In this document: piece after piece, positions 1-8,191 of the stretch
How the letters are laid out: each line of letters begins with the position of its first letter
How positions within the stretch are numbered: position 1 is the first letter of the stretch
NCBI GenBank assembly: GCA_964419835.1
Contig: CAYQPT010000003.1
Span: 799 to 64,798, forward strand
DNA: 64,000 nucleotides
Direction of reading: 5' to 3'
From: an uncultured Candidatus Saccharibacteria bacterium
GTDB lineage: Bacteria > Patescibacteriota > UBA1384 > XYA2-FULL-43-10 > 1-14-0-10-43-13
Notes under the pieces: generated by a model
The model's input: only the letters and a program-made list of their open reading frames with translations
Database searches by the model: none
What the model was told of the DNA's origin: nothing
Made by a program: the position numbers and the translations under genes

Positions 1-156
1 TTCTTGATCTTTTTGTGGATGGAAGAAACTATGATAAAGATCCGATAACGGAGTCTGTCCGAAGTTATTATAAGAATGACGGATTGGAATTTATCTTTGA
101 CGGGACCGAGAATATCACCTACAATAAATAGTAGAACAATTGACTTAAGGAGGAAG

Positions 157-591
157 ATGAAGGCCGATTGGAAATCCCTATTATTTATAATAACTGTCGT
201 GGTCGTGGGAGCGCTGTTTTTTACATTTTTGTCAGGTCAAAAACAAAACAAACAAAGCGCTAGCAAAACAACCGCCGAGGGAAGTGTGGCAGGAGTAACT
301 ACCGTTAAAACTGATTTTGCAGATGAGCTGGCGAAAAATCTAAGAGACAAGGGAATGGTGTTGTACGGTTCCTATCAGAGTGAAGATTCAAAAGCGCAAA
401 AAGAGCTTTTCGGAGATTCGGCTCGGTATCTTGATTATGTTGAATGCGATGCAACGGGAGAAAATGCAAATCCGGACGAATGTGTCTCTCTGAAAGTCGA
501 GAGTTATCCTACTTGGATTTACCAGGGCAAATCTTATATTGGGGTCAAATCCTTAGCTGAATTAGCACAAATTATCGGATTTTCTGAGTAA
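157..591 (+). CDS. Membrane-anchored thioredoxin-fold protein (VKOR-associated Trx-like type); CxxC replaced by SEDS
   Basis: N-terminal TM helix; YGSYQSEDSKAQKELFG...YVEC...C...SYPTW matches the YGAxWCPHCxxQKxLFG/YPTW pattern; RBS aggagg precedes ATG 157. Confidence 0.7.
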   Translation: MKADWKSLLFIITVVVVGALFFTFLSGQKQNKQSASKTTAEGSVAGVTTVKTDFADELAKNLRDKGMVLYGSYQSEDSKAQKELFGDSARYLDYVECDATGENANPDECVSLKVESYPTWIYQGKSYIGVKSLAELAQIIGFSE

Positions 592-625
592 ACATGCTCT
601 TGGGCTGGGGATAACCCATTTACAA

Positions 626-660
626 AATTTCTAATTCCTAATTTCTAATTCCTAATTCCC
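626..660. repeat. Five tandem 7-mers (aatt(t/c)c(t/c))
   Basis: aatttct aattcct aatttct aattcct aattccc read directly. Confidence 0.8.
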
Positions 661-756
661 CGTAATTCGATTGTATAATTGTTAATACTAGACAACATAA
701 ATATAATTTTCACGAATAAAAATATTTTAAGGACGGATTTTTGAGATCAATTTTGC

Positions 757-786
757 TTGACAAGCTCGCGTCGTGGCTAATAAAAT
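757..786 (+). promoter_or_regulatory. Sigma70-like promoter for the small Zn-ribbon gene
   Basis: TTGACA-18 nt-TAAAAT. Confidence 0.55.
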
Positions 787-848
787 GATTAAGTAAGGAA
801 TTTTAAATATTAAGAATTTAATTTTTTACGGGAGGAGGTGAAAAAAAT

Positions 849-992
849 ATGCAAGGATATTGTGTAAAATGCAAAGCTAAACAGGAAATCAAAGATGCCG
901 AAGCTGTAACAATGAAAAACGGCAAGCCAGCAACAAAGGGAAAATGCCCAGTTTGCGGTACAACCATGTTTAGAATCGGCAAAGCCGAGTAA
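849..992 (+). CDS. 47-aa CxxC...CxxC zinc-ribbon protein (DUF5679-like), missing from ORF track
   Basis: Strong RBS ggaggaggtg at 831-840; MQGYCVKCKAKQEIKDAEAVTMKNGKPATKGKCPVCGTTMFRIGKAE. Confidence 0.85.
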   Translation: MQGYCVKCKAKQEIKDAEAVTMKNGKPATKGKCPVCGTTMFRIGKAE

Positions 993-1026
993 TTGAAACA
1001 AAGTTTTTGTTTTTGAATACAAATAG

Positions 1027-1060
1027 AAATGTCCGGGTCGTTATGATCACGGGCATTTTT
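1027..1060 (+). terminator. Intrinsic terminator
   Basis: aaatgtccg...cgggcattttt stem followed by a T run. Confidence 0.6.
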
Positions 1061-1133
1061 ATTTAAATAAAATCACCGTTTGACATTTTTTTCAATTGAA
1101 ATATTAACCGTTTTCCATTATAATTTAAGCCAT

Positions 1134-2558
1134 ATGAAAAAATCAGAGCTATTCTTCGCATTCATTCTGCTTCCGGTAGATATTGCTATGATTATCGCCT
1201 CGTTTATTTTGGCGTATTATTTGCGTATCCGTTGGGAAATTATGCCGGTTTTTTCCGACATTGGGATAAGAGAATATTTGCGATATTGTGCATATCTTAT
1301 GCCCGGATGGATCGCTCTACTTGCCCTAAATGGTCTTTACTATATAAAACCGGTGCGAAGTTTTTTTCGTGAAGCATATCGTATTGTAAATGCCTCCTCA
1401 ACGGCAATGATCTTTCTTGTAGTGGTAATATTTTTAACCAAGACCATGTTCTTCTCACGCCTTATCCTAGTTTTTACTTGGGTACTCAGTATTATTACGA
1501 TCATTTTTGGCAGGTCAATAATTCATTTTGTTCAATGGAATCTCCTGAAGTATGGAATTGGGCGGCGCAATGTAATTTTAGTCGGGGATAACCATGTCTC
1601 CGCCAATATTATATCGCATCTTTCCCAGAGCGGTAATCGTGAATATAAAGTTTGTGGTGTGGTTAACGGTGATTCAACAAATTCCAAATTCGGACTCAAA
1701 ATCTTAGGTTCAATTACTGAGATTGCTTCCAAGATAAAACAGTACAACATTGATGAGATTGTATTAACGGATGTCGGAATACCCAAGAATAAAATATTAG
1801 ATATTATTCAAATATGTTCAGATCATAAAGTTACTTTCAAGTATGTACCCGACAACTTCTCGCTTATGACGCTAAACATTTCTTCGGAGACAATTGGTTC
1901 GATGCCGGTTATGGAGCTAAAGCCGATTCCCCTTGACGGTTGGGGCCGAATTGTAAAAAGAATTATTGATGTAGTGTTTTCCTGTTTGTTTTTAACAGTG
2001 ATTTCACCTTTCATTGTTATAATTGCTATTCTGGAGAAAATCACCTCTGCCGGTCCGGTTTTTTACTGGCACGATCGGATTGGAAGAGACGGCAATAGAT
2101 TTAGATGCTACAAGTTCCGTTCCATGTACGCCAACAAATGTGATTACTCCAAGGGCGGCACCAAGTGGACAACGGCAAACGACGAATTAACCAGAATAAC
2201 TCCGCTTGGCCGGATACTTAGAAAAACAAACTTGGACGAAGTTCCGCAATTCTGGAATATTTTACGAGGAGACATGAGCTTTGTTGGTCCAAGGCCTGAG
2301 CAGCCAAAGCTAGTGGAGAGATTTGAAAGTGAAATTCCTGAATACTTCAGGCGTCACAGAGTGAAGGCGGGGCTGACTGGTTGGGCTCAGGTAAACGGTC
2401 TCAAAGGCGATACTTCTATAAAAGAGAGGGTTAGATACGACATCTTTTACATAGAAAACTGGTCTCTGTGGTTTGATATAAAAATACTAATTAAAACGGT
2501 TGGTTTAATAATTTATGAAGCATTTGGCGGAAAATCAGAATATCGCACTCGTTCATGA
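1134..2558 (+). CDS. Polyprenyl glycosylphosphotransferase (WcaJ/WbaP-type initiating sugar transferase)
   Basis: Four N-terminal TMs; KFRSM, DEVPQFWNILRGDMSFVGPRPE, GLTGWAQVNG and YIENWSLWFD motifs. Confidence 0.93.
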   Translation: MKKSELFFAFILLPVDIAMIIASFILAYYLRIRWEIMPVFSDIGIREYLRYCAYLMPGWIALLALNGLYYIKPVRSFFREAYRIVNASSTAMIFLVVVIFLTKTMFFSRLILVFTWVLSIITIIFGRSIIHFVQWNLLKYGIGRRNVILVGDNHVSANIISHLSQSGNREYKVCGVVNGDSTNSKFGLKILGSITEIASKIKQYNIDEIVLTDVGIPKNKILDIIQICSDHKVTFKYVPDNFSLMTLNISSETIGSMPVMELKPIPLDGWGRIVKRIIDVVFSCLFLTVISPFIVIIAILEKITSAGPVFYWHDRIGRDGNRFRCYKFRSMYANKCDYSKGGTKWTTANDELTRITPLGRILRKTNLDEVPQFWNILRGDMSFVGPRPEQPKLVERFESEIPEYFRRHRVKAGLTGWAQVNGLKGDTSIKERVRYDIFYIENWSLWFDIKILIKTVGLIIYEAFGGKSEYRTRS

Positions 2559-3630
2559 GTGGCTGACTAATGTAGCCGGCTCAGAGAGGGTTTTACTGGC
2601 GTTAAAGGAGATCTATAAAGATGCTCCCATTTTCACATCTGTCTTTGAGCCAAAAAAATCCCCTCCTTTTCAAGCATTTAATGTTACCACCTCATTTTTA
2701 CAGAAAATCCCATTTATGAAGTCAAAGCGGGAGCTTTTAATCCCTTTTACTCCATTTGCTTTTGAACAATTTAACCTATCAAAATACAATCTAGTTATTT
2801 CAAATACTTCTATGGCTGCAAAAGGTGTGATTACTAAGCCCGAATGTATTCATATTTCATATTGTAACACTCCCCCAAGGTATTTATGGGAGATGAATGT
2901 GGATCCTCGTGCAAGCAAGGGGAGATTTTCATTTTTACGCAAAAATATAATTCATAAAATGCGGCTGTGGGATCGTGTGGCTGCAGACAGGGTTGATTAT
3001 TTTCTTGCAAACTCTAAATACATAGCTAATCGTATTAAAAAGTATTACAAGAGAGATTCTATTGTTGTGTATCCTCCGGTTAATGTGGAAAATTTTTATG
3101 TGGCCGAAAAGAAAGACATCAAAGATTATTATTTGTTTGTAAGCCGTCTAATTAATTATAAAAAATGTGATCTTGTTATTGATGCGTTTAATGACTTAAA
3201 GCTGCCGTTAAAAATTATTGGAACTGGTCCGGATGAACAGTTATTAAAGAAGAGAGCGAAGAGCAATATTGAGTTTCTCGGATTTATCTCAGACGAAAGT
3301 ATGAAAAAGTATTATGCTGAGGCAAAAGCTTTTATATTTCCCGCGGAAGAAGATTTCGGGATTGTACCGGTTGAAGCAATGTCAGCCGGTAGACCGGTGA
3401 TTGCGTTTCAAAATGGCGGAGCCGCAGAAACTGTTGTAGAGGGAGTAACCGGAACATTTTTTGCCGAACAAACTCCGCAATGTTTAATAGATGCTGTTAA
3501 AAATTTTGATCCGGAAAAATTTAATTCCGAAACAATACGTCGTCATGCTGAAAAGTTCTCTCTCGAACGATTCAAGAAAGAATTTAAAGAAACGGTGGAA
3601 AATATTATTAAAAACCACAGGGCAAGCTAG
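2515..3630 (+). CDS. GT4 family glycosyltransferase
   Basis: ALVHEWL...GSERV N-terminus; EEDFGIVPVEAMSAGRPVI (E-x7-E) motif. Confidence 0.92.
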   Translation: MKHLAENQNIALVHEWLTNVAGSERVLLALKEIYKDAPIFTSVFEPKKSPPFQAFNVTTSFLQKIPFMKSKRELLIPFTPFAFEQFNLSKYNLVISNTSMAAKGVITKPECIHISYCNTPPRYLWEMNVDPRASKGRFSFLRKNIIHKMRLWDRVAADRVDYFLANSKYIANRIKKYYKRDSIVVYPPVNVENFYVAEKKDIKDYYLFVSRLINYKKCDLVIDAFNDLKLPLKIIGTGPDEQLLKKRAKSNIEFLGFISDESMKKYYAEAKAFIFPAEEDFGIVPVEAMSAGRPVIAFQNGGAAETVVEGVTGTFFAEQTPQCLIDAVKNFDPEKFNSETIRRHAEKFSLERFKKEFKETVENIIKNHRAS

Positions 3631-3720
3631 TAAGCAAGTAAGTGCATAAGCAGGTCAGTAATATTAATAGTAAATATTCCGATTAACTAAAAACTAACTA
3701 CTATTAACCAATAACTAAAT
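3631..3720 (+). repeat. Intergenic tandem-unit imperfect hairpin (taag/taac family)
   Basis: G-containing left arm (taagcaagtaag...) and C-rich right arm (taactaaaaactaactactattaaccaataact). Confidence 0.55.
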
Positions 3721-3733
3721 TTCCGGAGGGGAA

Positions 3734-5845
3734 TTGCCCAAGTTTGACGATATAAAAAAGAAGAGAGATTTTGACACCTCAAAATACGACAACTTTGATC
3801 CGGCTGATCCGGAAAATTTTAGCGAACCCAGCTATTCTGTTCCACATCTCCCATATTCAAAGATAACAAATTCCGGCCGGAGCTTAGCTAAAAAGATAAG
3901 GCATCAGAAAGTTAATTTTGGACTAAACTTTTCGTGGCGGGCACTACTTATTTTAATTTCCATTCTCTCTATTTCGGCTTTCGGATTGGTCAGGGGTACG
4001 GCAGCAAAAAATAATCTGGACAGATTGACCGTGGACGCAAAGGGTCATTTAAACGAATCTTTTTCTTTGATTGAAGCGGGTGATCTGTCAAGCGCGATGT
4101 TGGAAGCGGATCAGGCAAAGGAGGATCTCTTAAAAATTAAATTGCTAGCCCAATCATGGGGGCAGGACATTGTGTATCTGCGGCTTGCTTCAGCCAGTAA
4201 TTCAAAAATGGTGGCAAGCGAACGGCTTCTGGATGCCTCATACAGTGTGATAAATATAATTTCAGAAATCAATAAACAGTTTTCAAAAATGTCATTTGAC
4301 GGCAGCACTGGAACTACGGAGAAAGGGTCGATTTTTTTCAATATTAAAGAGAATCAGAAGATATTAATAAAAGCAATTGACGATGGAGAGAACCGGCTCG
4401 CAAAGGCGAAAGATGAATTATTGTCAGCTAAAAAAGGGCTGGACAAAGACTCTGGTTTGGAAGTTGATAATGCAATTTCTGCAATTGATGATGCGCTCCA
4501 GAAAATTGGTGATTCAAAAATAATTTTTGACAAGGATTTGACTTGGCTATCGGGGGCTGACGGACAAGAGAAAAATATTTTGATTATTTTTCAGAACAAT
4601 GCCGAGCTCCGAGGTGCGAGCGGAGGGTCTCTTGGCTCATTTGGAATTGCAAAATTTAAAGACGGTAATTTAACCGGTGTAGATTTCGGCACAAATATTT
4701 ACAAATTGGATCATGCCTTTTTAGCAAAGCAAAAAATACCAGTGCCCGATCAATTAAACTGGATTGTTCAGGATGGGCTTGGGATGAAGGATTCAGGATG
4801 GGATATTGATGGACCAGCGGCAATGGAGAAAATAATGTGGTTCTATGAGCAAGAGACAGGCAATCAGATTGATGGAACAATAATGTTGGACAGCTCCGCT
4901 TTTGTATCGCTTTTAATGGAAGTAGGACCTATTGATATAGCGGAAATGGGTAAAACTATAAATGCTTCCAATTTTAGAAGTGAGATAGAGTACGAGGTTC
5001 ATAAGGGATATTTTGAAAGCACTGAAAATATGACTGAAAACGAACCAAAGAAAATCTTGGCAGTAATGATGCCTAAATTTACTGATAAACTTTTCAGTTC
5101 GTTAAAAGATAAAAATACTTCGCCTGCTATCTTGTCATCCCTATCAAAATCGCTTAAGCAGAAAGATATAACCTTATATTTTAAAAATACGGATTTTGAA
5201 AACCGGCTTAAAAATTTAAATTACTCGGCAGCTATAAATTCGGCGTTGGGGGATTATTTTTACATCACAAATTCTAATATTGATGGAGCTAAAAGCAGTC
5301 ATGCTGTCCAAGAAACTGTAAAGCTGGATGCAATAATTTCTGATTCCGGTAATATTAAAAATACTCTCATTTTAACCAGAAAGCACAATGGAAGTAACGA
5401 TTGGCCCGATGGGATGAATAAAAATTTTGTCCGGCTTGCACTGCCTGAAAACTCCAAAATTGAGAACTTTAATCCAGTTGAGGGTTATTTCGAGCAGTTC
5501 TTTGACAGAGGACTGAAGGATGGCAAACCATTTTGGTTAACCTCTGAATTTGGCAGAAATATTTTGAACTTCTGGATGACTACGAAGCCACAAGAAGAAA
5601 GTAAGGTGGAAATTAGCTACTCTTCGGACTATTCAGTTAATACTGGTGGAGACTTTTATTATGCTATAAACTTTCAGAAACAAACAGGTGCTCCAATAGA
5701 TGATATTGAGCTAACACTTAATTATCCAAATGGATTTACTCCGGAAAATGTGAAAAATTATGATGATTCTAAAAATCAAATTATACTTAAGTTTAAACTC
5801 GATCAAGACAAAATGATAAAAATCCGGTTTAAAAAAAGCTCATAA
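3734..5845 (+). CDS. DUF4012 domain membrane-anchored protein
   Basis: One TM, helical stalk, IFQNNAELRGASGGSLG motif, C-terminal beta domain with QKQTG. Confidence 0.8.
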   Translation: MPKFDDIKKKRDFDTSKYDNFDPADPENFSEPSYSVPHLPYSKITNSGRSLAKKIRHQKVNFGLNFSWRALLILISILSISAFGLVRGTAAKNNLDRLTVDAKGHLNESFSLIEAGDLSSAMLEADQAKEDLLKIKLLAQSWGQDIVYLRLASASNSKMVASERLLDASYSVINIISEINKQFSKMSFDGSTGTTEKGSIFFNIKENQKILIKAIDDGENRLAKAKDELLSAKKGLDKDSGLEVDNAISAIDDALQKIGDSKIIFDKDLTWLSGADGQEKNILIIFQNNAELRGASGGSLGSFGIAKFKDGNLTGVDFGTNIYKLDHAFLAKQKIPVPDQLNWIVQDGLGMKDSGWDIDGPAAMEKIMWFYEQETGNQIDGTIMLDSSAFVSLLMEVGPIDIAEMGKTINASNFRSEIEYEVHKGYFESTENMTENEPKKILAVMMPKFTDKLFSSLKDKNTSPAILSSLSKSLKQKDITLYFKNTDFENRLKNLNYSAAINSALGDYFYITNSNIDGAKSSHAVQETVKLDAIISDSGNIKNTLILTRKHNGSNDWPDGMNKNFVRLALPENSKIENFNPVEGYFEQFFDRGLKDGKPFWLTSEFGRNILNFWMTTKPQEESKVEISYSSDYSVNTGGDFYYAINFQKQTGAPIDDIELTLNYPNGFTPENVKNYDDSKNQIILKFKLDQDKMIKIRFKKSS

Positions 5846-5995
5846 AATTAATAAAACTGCTTGAAGAGGGCAGATAAGAGTGATACAATACATTTAGATT
5901 ATCGATCACCAAAATTAACATATTTTGCTAATTTTGTTTGTTACCGCTAAATTTTAGTTATGAGCATATCTAACAAGTCCCAAGGAGAGAAAATA

Positions 5996-8083
5996 ATGGA
6001 AGAAATCAAAAAAGCGGCTGCAACTGACACTTATGACGCATCGAAAATTACCGTTCTAGAAGGACTTGCGCCCGTAAGAAAAAGGCCGGGTATGTATATT
6101 GGTGGAACGGGGCTAGATGGACTTCACCACTTGGTTTGGGAAATCGTTGACAACGCTGTTGACGAAGCTATGGCTGGGTTTTGCGACAAAATCATCATAA
6201 TTCTTCATAGAGATGGTTCGGTTTCGGTTGATGATAATGGACGAGGTATTCCGGTCGACAAACATAAAGTAACGGGTAAATCAGCGCTTGAAACAATTCT
6301 AACAACACTACATGCCGGCGGTAAATTTGGGGACGACGGCTATAAAGTTTCAGGCGGTTTGCATGGTGTGGGCGCATCTGTTGTTAACGCTCTTTCTGTC
6401 TGGGTCAAAGCCGAAGTTAAGAAGAATGGCAAGCTATATTTTCAAGAGTACGACAAGGGTGTTGCAAAAGCCGAAATCAAAGCAATTGGCGATGCAACCA
6501 CAACTGGAACTAAAATCACTTTCTTGCCTGATCCTGAAATATTTAAAAATACAACATTCTCGTATAAAACTATTTTGAATCATTGCCGCCAGCAGGCGTA
6601 TTTAACCAAGGCAGTAATGCTTACTGTGATTGATGAACGCGAAGAGGGTGAAATTAAAAAAGAGATTGTTGAGGAAGACAGAGAAAATATCCCTGATGAG
6701 GATAATGAAGAGAGCGAAGATGATAAAAATATGCGTACCGGACGAGGTTCTTTGGGGGAAGAAGAGGCAGATCCGTCAACTGACGGAGAAAAAATCGGGC
6801 ACCAGCAATATTCATTCTACTTTGAAGGTGGTATTGCATCCTATGTCCGGCACATCAATAAAAACCGCGATGTAATAAACGATCCTCCAATGTATGTGGA
6901 AAAAGAAATGAATGATGTGGTGGTCGAGCTATCCTTAGCTTACACCGATGATTTTAAAGAGCATCTTCACTCTTTTGCCAACAATATTAATACCGCTGAA
7001 GGCGGAACTCACTTAACCGGTTTTAGAACTGCATTGACACGGGCGATTAATGATTACGCAAAGAAACACAATCTTTTGATCAAGGGAGTTGGCTTGACCG
7101 GTGAGGATGTCCGCGAGGGATTGACCTGTGTCTTATCAGTAAAATTATCCGACCCGCAATTTGAAGGTCAGACCAAGGCGAAACTTGGCAATACTGAAGT
7201 CAGGACAATTGTTGATTCCGTTAGTGCTACTGCTTTAACCAATTATTTTGATGAAAATCCGGTTGAAGCCAAGAAGATTATTGAAAAATGTTCTCTTTCA
7301 GCTAGGGCAAGAATGGCGGCGCGGGCAGCCAGAGATACTATTATTAGAAAAGGCGCGCTTGAGGGGATGACTCTTCCAGGCAAGCTTGCAGACTGTTCGT
7401 CCAAAGATTCAAAACGGACCGAGATATATATTGTTGAGGGAGATTCCGCCGGTGGTTCTGCTAAGCAGGGACGCGACCGTAATTTTCAAGCTATTCTACC
7501 TCTCCGCGGTAAAATTTTAAATGTTGAAAGGGCACGGCTTGACCGGATGCTCACTTCCGATGAAATTAAAGCTCTAATTGTCGCCATGGGAGTTGGTGTC
7601 GGCGAAGAAATCAACTATGCAAAGCTTCGGTATGACAGAATCATAATAATGACTGATGCTGATGTTGATGGCGCCCATATTAGAACGCTTCTTCTCACAT
7701 TCTTCTTTAGAAATTTTCCAGATCTAATCGAAAAAGGTCATATTTATATTGCTCAGCCACCGCTTTTCTCCGTGCAAAAGGGCAAGGAAAAACATTGGGT
7801 ATACACTGACGCTGAAAGGGATGCGGTTGTTAAAAAAATTAAAGGCAATAAAGACGAGGTCTCCGGAATTATGATCCAGCGATTTAAAGGTTTGGGCGAA
7901 ATGAATCCTACTCAATTATGGGATACTACCATGAATCCGGAAAACCGCATTTTGCTTCAAGTTGCTACTGGAGACGCTGAGAAAGCGGACGAAACTTTTT
8001 CAATGTTGATGGGCGACCAAGTTGCACCGCGCAAAAAATTTATCCAAACACGGGCAAAGAGTGTGAAGAATCTGGACACATAA
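5996..8083 (+). CDS. gyrB: DNA gyrase subunit B (with acidic insertion)
   Basis: VRKRPGMYIG, EIVDN, LHAGGKF, VEGDSAGG, DADVDG and RFKGLGEMN; RBS ggaga before ATG 5996 (track start 5960). Confidence 0.97.
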   Translation: MEEIKKAAATDTYDASKITVLEGLAPVRKRPGMYIGGTGLDGLHHLVWEIVDNAVDEAMAGFCDKIIIILHRDGSVSVDDNGRGIPVDKHKVTGKSALETILTTLHAGGKFGDDGYKVSGGLHGVGASVVNALSVWVKAEVKKNGKLYFQEYDKGVAKAEIKAIGDATTTGTKITFLPDPEIFKNTTFSYKTILNHCRQQAYLTKAVMLTVIDEREEGEIKKEIVEEDRENIPDEDNEESEDDKNMRTGRGSLGEEEADPSTDGEKIGHQQYSFYFEGGIASYVRHINKNRDVINDPPMYVEKEMNDVVVELSLAYTDDFKEHLHSFANNINTAEGGTHLTGFRTALTRAINDYAKKHNLLIKGVGLTGEDVREGLTCVLSVKLSDPQFEGQTKAKLGNTEVRTIVDSVSATALTNYFDENPVEAKKIIEKCSLSARARMAARAARDTIIRKGALEGMTLPGKLADCSSKDSKRTEIYIVEGDSAGGSAKQGRDRNFQAILPLRGKILNVERARLDRMLTSDEIKALIVAMGVGVGEEINYAKLRYDRIIIMTDADVDGAHIRTLLLTFFFRNFPDLIEKGHIYIAQPPLFSVQKGKEKHWVYTDAERDAVVKKIKGNKDEVSGIMIQRFKGLGEMNPTQLWDTTMNPENRILLQVATGDAEKADETFSMLMGDQVAPRKKFIQTRAKSVKNLDT

Positions 8084-8085
8084 CA

Positions 8086-8178
8086 TTTATCAATTACCAG
8101 TTATCAATTTCCATTCATTTATCATTGAAAATCTACGTGACTAAATGATCAATGGAAAATGAGCAATGAGCAATAATT
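8086..8178 (+). repeat. Intergenic heptad-unit imperfect hairpin between gyrB and gyrA
   Basis: tatcaat-taccagt-tatcaat-ttccatt ... aatgatc-aatggaa-aatgagc-aatgagc-aat. Confidence 0.7.
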
Positions 8179-8191
8179 CACGAGGATAGAT

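Noticed and set aside
810-1022. 70-aa minus-strand ORF
   Set aside because: It is the antisense shadow of the + strand 849-992 gene, which has a promoter, RBS and terminator.
6641-6810. Intein in GyrB
   Set aside because: Too short, with no Cys/Ser start or His-Asn end.
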